From Antedon mediterranea (taxonomy: Eukaryota > Animalia > Echinodermata), in the NCBI RefSeq assembly GCF_964355755.1, contig NC_092676.1, positions 26,616,871 through 26,680,870 on the forward strand: a DNA stretch of 64,000 nt, read 5' to 3'. Position 1 is the first letter of the stretch, and each line of letters begins with the position of its first letter. The position numbers were made by a program, and so were the translations under genes. Under the pieces are notes generated by a model. That model did no database searches and was not told the DNA's origin. It saw only the letters and a list, made by a program, of their open reading frames with translations. Below are positions 51,803 through 63,233 of the stretch, piece by piece.

Positions 51803-53495
51803 ATGGCTAGCAAGGATTTAAATCTACTTGGAGATATAAATGATAAACTAGAATGTTCTATCTGTAATGGAAGGCTAGAAGACCCAAAATCACTTGGCTG
51901 CCTTCATAGTTTCTGTCTGAAGTGTTCAAACCAACAATGGACAGCTAATATGTCCTATTTGTCGCAAAGAGTATCCCATACCAGTAGGAGGGCTTCAAAA
52001 GCTTGCCCCAAATACAATTCTTAACAACCTCTTGGAAACCATCAAACAACATGAAGAGAAAGATGAGGTTAAAAGCACTGCTTCTTTGTGCGTCTCTCAT
52101 GCTAAACCATTAGAAATGTATTGCACAAAATGTAAAGTACCAATATGCATAGAATGCACTGCAATGGAACATGCTGCAGGAGATGGAAAACATGAACTAG
52201 TTAACATTGTTACAGCATTTAATATGTTTAAGGAAACATCAGAAGAATTGAAGAAAGCTGCCAATGTATTCATAAGAAAAACAGAAAATGTACTTAAAGT
52301 AGTCACAAAGAATGCTAAAGAACTAGAAGAAAGTAAAGAGGCAAGTCTCAAAGATGTTGATAACCAAGTTCAAGAAATGGTACAAGTAATCAAGAAAAAA
52401 GGAGATGAAATGAGAACAAAAGTTGAAGCAAATTATATGGAGAAAAAGGAAGTCAATGATGTACAAATTACAAATTTAACAAAAATAATCAAAGAATTAA
52501 ACACAATTGTGAGTTCCTTAAATCAGTTACTAATGAGTGAGCCATCAACTGCTATGAAATCAAATGAGATTATATTAAATAAAATGATGGATGAAATCAA
52601 CAAATCTGAAGAAATCAAGCAAAAGGACAGCAGACAAATTAACTTCATCAGAAACAAACAGCTAATTGATTTATTGAAAAAAAATGACATTGGAAATGTT
52701 GTATTCAAACCACTTCTTATCAAAGTAGAGGGGGAGCCTTGTGGAGTAGCAATGTGTAATGATGATTGTTTGCTGGTTTCAATTAACACAAATGAAATTC
52801 ACAAGTACAACAAATCAGGAGAATGTATAAGCAAGATTACACTACCAGAAAGTGTTATGGTTTATAGAATGTACAGAATGAAGAATGGCAACATAGCATT
52901 CATTGATTGGGGTAATGAATGCATTAAAGTATGTGATATGAATGGTCATGTGATCAAATCCATTGGTAAGAAGAGTCCATTCAAGAGAACAATAAAGGAT
53001 CCAAGTGGTATTCACATAGATGAGGCAACTAATGTTATATATGTAACAGATTGGGACATGAAATGTGTGTTTATGTTTGACATAATTAATGGTAAGCTGT
53101 TGAAGAAGATAGTATCACAAAATGAAGAACAAAGATACACTGATGTTGCACTTACAAAAACTGGTAAAGTACTTGTAACAGATGCAGGAAAGCATCAAGT
53201 ATTATTGTATGATGACAAGGACAAGTCACTGAAAGTACTCATCAATGAAGGAGTTGAAGATGGTAATGTGAGGTACCCATATGGAGTTGTAGTTGATGAG
53301 GATGATAACATCATCATAGCAAGTTACCACAAACTACAACTATTCAGTAGTGATGGACATTTTATCAAAAGAATTGATCAACAAGAAGATGGAATTATAA
53401 GTACACCACCTCAGTTATGTATCATTTCTCATAACCCATGTATGGTGGCTGTAGCACATAGGGGTGACAACACAATCAAAATATTTAATTATTAA
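51803..53495 (+). pseudogene. TRIM-NHL copy 9 (recent duplicate of copy 3), 14-nt deletion in the RING
   Basis: aagtgt|tcaaac at ~51925 lacks ttggaaaattgggt; downstream frame open to ...KIFNY. Confidence 0.88.
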
Positions 53496-54669
53496 TGTAT
53501 AAAATATAACATTGCATTAAAGAAACAAAGTTAAATCAAAGATCAATTACATTAATCCAAATTATTTATTAATTAGTTTATTATCTTAAGTACACAAATC
53601 TTACAATTTAAAAAGAATCATTAATTAAAAATAAAACCTAAAATAACCAATATTATTTTTAAAATTTCATATGAGGCAAAACTTATGATGGTTGAATGAC
53701 TTGTATTTTCTAACTTTAATTTCATTTGAACTATTGTATATAATACTATAATTGTGTCATCAAAAATAAATGTTTTTTTAGGTTTGTAAATGTTAACATT
53801 GATGTAGCATTATCACATATTAATGTTTATGTAAAGTATTGTATATATTGTTCTATCCAATTCACTCAACAATGTATTTTTTGTAACTGTTTTAGTGTAA
53901 CTTTTTATCTTAATATGTTAATCTATTATTGTAATATCCAATACCAATTTATTGATTGCAATCAAAAACTTTGAACTTTGAAATAAAATTTAAAAAAAAC
54001 AATAAAACTCTTTTATGAACTAATTTTTCATTCTTACTTTAAAATAAATTGTATATTTTAATTATCAAATTTTATTGTAATTAATCTAAATGTTAATCTT
54101 GGTGTGGGTCATTTTAACCGTTCTTTGTGATAGTATTTATGCAAAATTAGCAATTAATAAATTCATGGTGACTGGATATCATTAATATATTTTGTGATTT
54201 TAAATGTTTAAACTAATAATTTGTACCTTTGTGATTTAATTAAAACAATATTATAGCCTACTGTATGTAGTTGATTCATTTATTGATACTGATTTTTTTA
54301 AATATATAATACGCGTTCGCACTCTAAACGCTTCACATTAATATTACCGGGCCATTTTTTTTTATAGATCAAACACATATAAAAACATAGTTCCATTTTT
54401 TATATTACAAAGGAAGCTTTTGCAAACCTTACCTTTAGTGTCTTTATTTTTGGTTCAAATGTTTTATTTACTTAATAATTAATATGATATATTTATAGTT
54501 TATACTGTAATAATTTTAAAATTCCTACCATGTCTGTTTACTATAGGATGAATGTAGATTATTTAAAAACTTTAATATTATAAAGACAAAATGCACAAAC
54601 AAAGTAGCCCACTATGTAGAACAAAACATTGCTATACAAACAATACAACAAACAAATTAAACTAAAGAG

Positions 54670-54900
54670 AAGGTAAAGGTATTTATTTTGGTCTTTAAAC
54701 TTAACTAGAAACTGAGGAAATCCGGGCCTCTATAAACCCATGGCAGCCAGGAGTGGAGCGTCTACCAAGTTCTTTAACATGCACTATACATACACGGCTT
54801 TACATCCCATCCGAAGGACGAGGCAATGAGAATAAAGCATCTTGCCTAAGGATACAATTAGTATGGTACAGAGATTCGATCCCATGCCTATCACATACTA
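54670..54900 (-). mobile_element. SINE remnant
   Basis: Tail aaggtaaaggt, core ttacatcccatccgaaggacgaggcaat...cttgcctaagga, and B-box-like gattcgatccc, all in reverse orientation. Confidence 0.55.
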
Positions 54901-55812
54901 GTACGATATTATCATTACAGAACTGGTGTTTTAACATGTATTGAATTGTGATACATGTATATGTATTGATCATTGTTTAACATGGTAAAGTGAACAATTA
55001 TAATCACATTCAACTGTTGAAAATCATCAACAAACAAACTATTGTGTGCTTCTATTGTGATGGATTGATTTAGTTAAATGTTTTGCATCCCAGATTTTGA
55101 AATCATCACACCTACAGTAGTCTAGAATACTGCTCTGGACATATATGATATTTCAACGCAGAAAAACCAACTTTATTTAATGATTGGAAAAGTTTAGTTT
55201 GAATTCTTGTAACTAACATTTGAATACAGTACAAGGTATTTACATATAACTTTTTTTTTGTGGATTTATTTTGTATACAAGTCTCATATACAAACAACCA
55301 TGATACTGTAGATGGATTTAGTTAGACGTACAGTACTTAGGCGTGGCTGGAATTGGAGAACTAGGTACATGTGTATTCTATGTTATAACAATAATAATAT
55401 AATAAGTAATAAGTACTTTCATCAGTTTCTTCCATGTGTAATATCTCCTTTTTAAAAATATTTTTTTTAACTTTTTAATGTTGTAAATTTTGATGTTTGA
55501 AAGCTTGTACCAATTTTATATGTAAATCTCTCACAATTCAGTTTTATTTTATATATACTGCAAAGAGAAATATTGAATAAAAGCAGAATGAATGAATGAA
55601 ATTCTCCAGTCTTGTTTCTGAAATCTAATCTAAAATATGGTGTGGATATAGTTAATAAGTAATTGTTATTTAATGCTCCATATTCATCTAAATTACACAC
55701 AAAATCCTAAAGTAAAACATTCATTGTGTCGCATAGAAACTAACATGGTGAGAATATACAGTTTGTAATATTATTTTTATTAAACAAAATAATTACAAAT
55801 TACTATTGCAGG

Positions 55813-57585
55813 ATGGCTAGCAAGGATTTAAGTCTACTTGGAGATATAGATGAGAAAGTACTAGAATGTTCTATCTGTAATGGAAGACTAGAAGACCCAA
55901 AATCACTTAGCTGCCTTCATAGTTTCTGTCTGAAGTGTTTGAAGAATTGGGTTCGAACCAATGGCAAGCTAACATGCCCTATTTGCCGCAAAGAGTATCC
56001 TATTCCATTAGGAGGGCTTCAAAAACTTGCACCAAATACAGTTCTTAACAACCTCTTGGAAACCATCAAACAACATGAACAGAAAGATAAGGCTAAAGGC
56101 ACTGCCTCTCTGTGTACCTCTCATGCTAAACCATTAGAGATGTATTGCACAAAATGTAAAGTACCAATATGTATAGAATGCACTGCAATGGAACATGCCG
56201 CAGGAGATGGAAAACATGAACTAATTAACATTGTTACAGCATTTAATACATTTAAGGAAACATCAGAAGACTTAAAGAAAGCTGCCAATGAATCCATCAG
56301 AAAAACAGAAAATGTACTTAAAGTAGTCACAAAGAATGCTAAAGAACTAGAAGAAAGTAAAAAGGCAAGTCTCACAGATATTGATACCCAAGTTCAAGAA
56401 ATGGTACAAATAATCAAGAAAAAAGGAGAAGAAATGAGAAAAAAAGTTGAAGCAAATTATATGGAGGAAAAGAAAATCAATGATGTACAAATTACAAAGT
56501 TAACAAAATTCAACTCTCAATTAAACACAATTGTGAGTTTCCTAAATCAGTTACTAATGAGTGAGCAATCAACAGCTATGAAATCAAGTGAGAGTGTATT
56601 AAATACACTAATGGATGAAATTAATATATCTCAAGAAATCAAGCAAAAGGACAGCAGACAAATTAACTTCATCAGAAACAAACAGCCAATTGATTTACTG
56701 AAAGAAAATGACATTGGAAATGTTACATTCAAACCAGTTATTGGTATTAAAGAAGGGGATATGATGCCCAGGGAAGTATCAAAGTGTGATGATGACATTG
56801 GAAATGTTGTAATCAAACCACTTTCTCTCAAAGTAGAGACTGGGCCTTGGGGAGTAGCAAAGTGTGATGATGATTGCTTGATGGTTTCATTTCGCACAAA
56901 TAAAATTCACAAGTACAAACTATCCGGAGAATGTATAAGCAAGATTACACTACCAAGAGGTGTGGAAGTTAACAGTATGTACAGAATGAAGAATGGCAAC
57001 ATAGCATTCAGTGATGTCGGTAATAAATGCATTCAAGTATGTGATATGAATGGTCATGTAATCAAATCCATTGGTAAGGGTGTATTGATGAATCCATGTG
57101 GTATTCACATAGATGAGGCAACTAATGTTATATATGTAGCAGATGGAAACAATGGACGTGTGTTCATGTTTGACATTAATAGTGGTAAGCAGTTAAAGAA
57201 GATAGGATCACAAAATGAAGAACATGTATACATTGATGTTGCACTTACAAAAACTGGTAAAGTACTAGTAGCAGATGCAGGAAAGCATCAAGTATTATTG
57301 TATGACGACAAAGGCACATCAATGAAAGTACTCATCAATGAAGGAGTTGAAGATGGTAATGTGAGGTACCCATATGGAGTTGTAGTTGATGAGGATGATA
57401 ACATCATCATGGGAAGTATAAACAAAATACAACTATTCAGGAGTGATGGACATTTTATCAAAAGAATTGATCAACAAAAAGATGGAATTAGTTTACCACG
57501 TCAGTTATGTATCATATCTCATAACCCATGCATGGTTGCTATAGCAAATAGGGGTTTCAAATCAATCAAAATATTCAATTATTGA
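55813..57585 (+). CDS. TRIM-NHL copy 10, intact (590 aa), with a 28-aa internal duplication before the propeller
   Basis: Full RING, B-box, coiled coil and NHL ORF; acceptor tattgcag 1 nt before the ATG. Confidence 0.93.
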   Translation: MASKDLSLLGDIDEKVLECSICNGRLEDPKSLSCLHSFCLKCLKNWVRTNGKLTCPICRKEYPIPLGGLQKLAPNTVLNNLLETIKQHEQKDKAKGTASLCTSHAKPLEMYCTKCKVPICIECTAMEHAAGDGKHELINIVTAFNTFKETSEDLKKAANESIRKTENVLKVVTKNAKELEESKKASLTDIDTQVQEMVQIIKKKGEEMRKKVEANYMEEKKINDVQITKLTKFNSQLNTIVSFLNQLLMSEQSTAMKSSESVLNTLMDEINISQEIKQKDSRQINFIRNKQPIDLLKENDIGNVTFKPVIGIKEGDMMPREVSKCDDDIGNVVIKPLSLKVETGPWGVAKCDDDCLMVSFRTNKIHKYKLSGECISKITLPRGVEVNSMYRMKNGNIAFSDVGNKCIQVCDMNGHVIKSIGKGVLMNPCGIHIDEATNVIYVADGNNGRVFMFDINSGKQLKKIGSQNEEHVYIDVALTKTGKVLVADAGKHQVLLYDDKGTSMKVLINEGVEDGNVRYPYGVVVDEDDNIIMGSINKIQLFRSDGHFIKRIDQQKDGISLPRQLCIISHNPCMVAIANRGFKSIKIFNY

Positions 57586-59283
57586 TGTATAAAATATATC
57601 ATTGCATTAAAGAAACAAAGTTGAATGAAAGATCAATTACATTAAATCAAAATTATCTATTAATTAGTTTATTACACAAAGCTTAACATTTAAAAACAAT
57701 CTTCAAATTTGGAAATTTTAAAATAAAACTCAAAATAACCAAAATCTATTATTCAAATTTTATATGAGGCGAAACTTATGATTTTGTATTTTCTAACTTT
57801 AATATCATTTTAACTAATGTTATAATTACAGTATATGTCATCACTGAAAAATAAATGGGTTTTTGAGTTGTTTTTTTTGTGTGTATATATGTTTAGTATT
57901 TTTAGAATAAGCCTAATTTTAATTATTGTATATAATATATGTTATACTTGTAGGCAAAGGCAGTTTTTGTTTTTCTAGTTTTAAATCATTAAATACAACA
58001 TTATTCTTACTTTATCAAGTAATCATACATGTTTTGGAAAGCACTTCCCATAATCAGTGTGAAGCTATATTACATGGTGTGTTTATTTTTACTCATTGTC
58101 ACCGGTATTTAAATAGTATTTTTAGAATAAGCCTAATTTGAATTATTGTATATATGTTACACTTACAGGCTGAGGCAGTTTTTGTTTTAGTTTTCCTTTC
58201 GATTAGCGATGACTCACGACCAACCAATGTCAAGCAAATCAGTCTGTCGAGGTGGCAGGAAACACGTCCCATCCTATCTCTGCCTACGCACAATGATTTA
58301 ACTTGACATGTTTGGTCATACAAATCAAAAGCTCACAAATATGTAGAGTACAATTGTACAGTACATTCATAGCAAGTCACAACAAATTACTACTACAACC
58401 TACAACAAGAAGATTTGTACTGTACGTTATATTTTCTTTTTTAAACCTTATTATTACGTTTCATTGTTGTTATAGATTGTTATAGCCTGCAATATAGCAA
58501 GTTACAACAAACTACAACTATCTAGTGATGGACATTTTAGTTATGTTATTTATTTAAAGACTTTTGTTTGAAAAGGGGAAATAAAAATATATGCCAATAC
58601 ACAACCACGTTGACGCTTTCCTTATGGTCTAGTGCTTTGTATGGTAAGTGTCCAATTATAACTCCAAACGTTTGAAAATCTGACAATACCAATGTACAGT
58701 ATACAATCTGTAAAAACTATGGTGCTTCTATTGTGATGGATTGTGCTTTAGTTAGTGTTTTGCATCACTGATTTCTCATGCTGAAAAGAATGCTGGAAAA
58801 AATTGTTGTCCTACAGGTATGATATGATGCCTTGTGATGCTATACCATACTGTTTCTATCAATCATATTGAAATATTATGAGTTATATATTGAGTAACAA
58901 TAAAGTGCTTTAATAAATGCTTCAGTTGTGTTTTGCATTTAACAGGTAAAAAAAACATAACAAATTATATTAAATTTATTTAGTTGAATTAGTTCAGTGT
59001 ATCTGTATAGTCTCCAATGCAAACAGTTAGTGAAGATACACAGTAATAGACTATGGTTGTGTTTAACATGGATTGTTGGCTTAAATATTGGTAACTAGAT
59101 TATTTTATTAAATGCCAAGCAGAGATGTATTGTACAGGCATCCGATGATCACATGACAAGCAACTAATATAGTAAAACCCAATTGATAATGGGTGGATAA
59201 ATAAATTGCATTTTTTTATTCAATAAATTGAAAATATGCAATTTTCTATTTATGTGTAATGAATTAAAAAAATCTTTTGCAGA

Positions 59284-60982
59284 ATGGCTAGCAAGTATTT
59301 AAATCTACTTGGAGATATAGATGAGAAAGTACTAGAATGTTCTATCTGTAATGGAAGGCTAGAAGACCCAAAATCACTTAGTTGTCATCATAGTTTCTGT
59401 CTGAATTGTTTGAAGAATTGGGTTCAAACCAGTCATGGCAAGCTAACGTGCCCTATTTGTCGCAAAGAGTATACAATACCAGTAGGAGGGCTTGAAAAAC
59501 TTGCACCAAATACAATTCTCAACAACCTCTTGGAAATCATCAAACAACATGAAAAGAAAGGTGAGGTTAAAGGCACTGCCTCTCTGTGCGCCTCTCATGC
59601 TCAACCATTAAAAATGTATTGTACAAAATGTAAAGTACCAATATGCATAGAATGCACTGCAATGGAACATACTGCAGGAGATGGAAAACATGAACTAATT
59701 AACATTGTTACAGCATTTAATACGTTTAAGGAAACATCAGAAGACTTAAAGAAAGCTGCCAATGAATCTATAAGAAAAACAGAAAATGTACTTAAAGTAG
59801 TCACAAAGAATGCTAAAGAACTAGAAGAAAGTAAAGAGGCAAGTCTTACAGATACCTGTATTGATAACCAAGTTCAAGAAATGATACAAGTAATCCAGAA
59901 AAAAGGAGAAGAAATGAGAAAAAAAAGTTGAAGCAAATTATATGGAGGAAAAGGAAGGTAATGACGTACAAATTACAAATTTAACAAAAATCATCTCTCA
60001 ATTAAACACAAGTGTGAGTTTCCTAAATCAGTTACTAATGAGTGAGCCAGCAATTGCTATGAGATCAAGTGAGAGTGTATTAAATACACTAATGGATGAA
60101 ATTAATGAATCTCAAGAAATCAAGCAAAAGGACAGCAGACAAATTACCTTCATCAGAAACAAACAGTCAATTGATTTACTGAAAGTTGGAAATGTTATAT
60201 TCAAACCACTTCCTATCAAAGTAGAGGCTAATCCTTGGGGAGTAGCAAAGTGTGATGATGATGATTGCTTGCTGGTTTCATTTTTCACAAATGAAATTCA
60301 CAAGTACAACCAATCAGGAGAATGTACAAGCAAGATTACACTACAAGAAGGTGTGAAAGTTTACAGAATGTACAAAATGAAGAATGGCAACATAGCATTC
60401 AGTGATGGAAGAAATAAATGCATTCAAGTATGCGATATGAATGGTCATGTGATTAAATCCATTGGTAAGGGTGTATTGATGCATCCATGGGGTATTCACA
60501 TAGATGAGGCAACTAATGTTATATATGTAGCAGATTCGCACATTACATGTGGGTACGTGTTTGACATAATTAATGGTCAGCTGTTGAAGAAGATAGGAAC
60601 ACAAAAGGAATCACATTATTATGGATACACTGATGTTGCACTTACAAAAACTGGTAAAGTACTTATAGCACATGCAGTAGGTAATCAAGTATTATTGTAT
60701 GATGACAAGGACAAGTTAATAAAAGTACTCATCAAAAGAGGTGATGAAGATGGTAAGGTGAGGTACCCACGTGGAGTTGTAGTTGATGATGAGGATGATA
60801 ACATCATCATAGCAAATAAACATAGACTACAACTATTCAGTAGTGATGGACATTTTATCAAAAGAATTGATAAACAAGATGAAATTAGTTATCCACAGCA
60901 GTTATGTATCATTTCTTATAACCCATGTATGATTGCTGTAGTAAATTGGAGGGACACCAAAATCAAAATATTCAATTATTAA
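59284..60982 (+). pseudogene. TRIM-NHL copy 11, +1 frameshift in an A run (could be a sequencing error)
   Basis: atgagaaaaaaaagttga at ~59914-59931; ORFs 59284-59931 and 59942-60982. Confidence 0.8.
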
Positions 60983-61740
60983 TGTATAAAATATATCATT
61001 ACATTAAAGAAACAAAGTTGAATGAGAGATCAATTATGTATTAAATCAAAATTATATATTAATTATTTTATTAATTAATTTATTGTCTTAATTACACAAT
61101 GCTTAAAATGTAAAAAATGCTCTTCAAATAAATTGGAATGATTTGTTTAAAATAAACCCAAAATATTCAATATTTATTTTTTAAATTTTGTATGAGGTAA
61201 AACTTATGATGGTTGAATGCCTTGTATTTTCTAACTAAAAATAAATGTTTTTGTGTGTATATATTTAGTATTTTTAGAATAATCCCAATTTTAATTATTT
61301 TATACAATATATGTTACACTTACAAGCAAAGGCAGTTTTTGTTTTTCTAGTTTTAAATCATTAAATACAACATTATTCTTATTTCATCAAGTAAGCATAG
61401 ATACCTATGGAAGTAGATTGTACATTAAAAAGTCCCTATTGGATGCTATAAAACAACTTGTAATCACCTCTTTAAAAAATATAGATTTTATAAAGCTAAC
61501 ATTTGCTTATATATCTTTTGGAATATTGTTTACATACAGTACATTTTCGTTACAAAAAAAGAAGGCTAAACACCATCTTGGATGGTAATTACCGAGGATA
61601 GGTATTGCCTTTAAATAAGACTGGGTAGAAGGAACTTAAATTAAACTTCACAGGCTATGTAGAAGCAACTAATTCCCCCATAGTAGAAGAACTGGAGGCT
61701 TGGAACTGTATTCCTAAGGGTACAAAAAAAAATCGCTTAC

Positions 61741-62103
61741 CACAAAATCAGCTTTAAGGTCTGCTTGTTCAATGGCAATGTTCACCAGCTGTTGACGACC
61801 AAGAAGGGTCTGCATCGTTGGTTCATAATGGCTACAACTCATCATCAGTAACATCATGTAAAATCTATATAAAAAAAAAAATTAGTAAAGACAGAAACAT
61901 TAACATTTGACTAAACCAAATTGCACCCCTACGAGTTAAAACTGGAACTTACTTCTTTTGATTTTCAATGATCTGTTCTTCAACATCTTTTGTTATTATG
62001 TCTGGTCCCAATGATTTGACCTTTGTATTCAAGAATTTGATGGCACGGTCACGAACAAGATCTTCTCCCGATTGAATTTGGGCAAATAGTCCTCCTAAAG
62101 CAC
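61741..62103 (-). pseudogene. API5: API5 copy A, middle exons (62103-61953 GALGGLFAQIQSGEDLVRDRAIKFL; 61864-61741 ILHDV...QADL)
   Basis: API5 homology with GT-AG boundaries and indels; the PSDPD exon is deleted. Confidence 0.87.
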
Positions 62104-63135
62104 CTGCTCAAAATCATAGCATTTATTATAGAATATGAATATTTAAACCAATAGATGCACGCATCATCTAATTTCAACTATCACCACCATGTGTACTTTT
62201 TTTGTGTTCATTTCAAGTCTGTAAGCAGGTGTAGTGTTATTATACCAATGAAGACACGTTAAACGTATAAAAAATTCAAGGTATGTGCTGTAAATTTGTA
62301 AAAAAAACAGTTCATGTTTGGAATAATGTTGTTATTTCAGCCATCAACGTTTCTCGATTTTTACTGCAAAAACCAGAAATAATTATTTTCTGGATCATGT
62401 ACAGAAATTTATTTAGATATTAAACCTTAATCAATTTTATTACATAATATTGTAGTGAGGGTCATCTCATATTTTAAAAATTACTTTAAATTAGAGTGAG
62501 GAACAAGCCAGTCACAAGTTTCACAGAAATTATGTTATTTCAGATACTAATTTAAAATCTTTTAAGCACAATGGTATTCTTAGAATAGAAAGTAAAATAA
62601 AAATGAACCATAAATAATATTGAATGTTCTGATTATAATGCTGAACCAACTTAATAAAAATGATACATTCATAAACCAATAAAAATAAACTATTTTATCG
62701 ACTTTATTTTCAAAACACCAAAACATAAAAAGGAATTATCACAAATAATTAAGAAAAATTACTACATTATCGAGCATTACTTTAAGTGTTTACTCATTGC
62801 AAAAAACATGAAAACCCCCCAAAAAAACTATGTTGCTTGCGTGTACAGTACTTACTATTATCATACAGACTTGAATATAAGCCCACCCCCTGAATAAGGT
62901 TTCGCATGGGCTTATATGGGTAACACTTCTGTAATGGGTAACACTTCTGTAGAAGCTACCTCCAAACTTACCTTTCAACAAAATAGAATTCCATCACCTC
63001 TTAAAGCTAAAACTCAGGATAAATAAAATAATATGTTTCTCATTCTGCTGTTTTCAAAAACAAAGTTCTAAGGTTAAAAAAAACTAAAGCTACTAACGCA
63101 AACAATACCCTTACCGCCAAACTTGTTTTCTTCAG

Positions 63136-63233
63136 TGTATCTTCATGTACAATATAAACAATGAAAAATAATCTTACACAATTCGAGTTATATCTCGCTC
63201 TTCGAAGAGAAAGGCTATTGTCAGTTTATCCAG
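63136..63233 (+). pseudogene. Third copy of the putative convergent-gene penultimate exon
   Basis: ttcag|TGTATCTTCAT...ATCCAG|gtaagc, paralogous to 38997-39094. Confidence 0.4.

Larger units (their letters stand above)
51230..59800. repeat. Segmental duplication paralogous to ~9990-16300 (TRIM 9/10/11 versus 3/4/5)
   Basis: Colinear near-identity of genes and spacers except for the 2.2-kb block missing at 12396. Confidence 0.9.
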
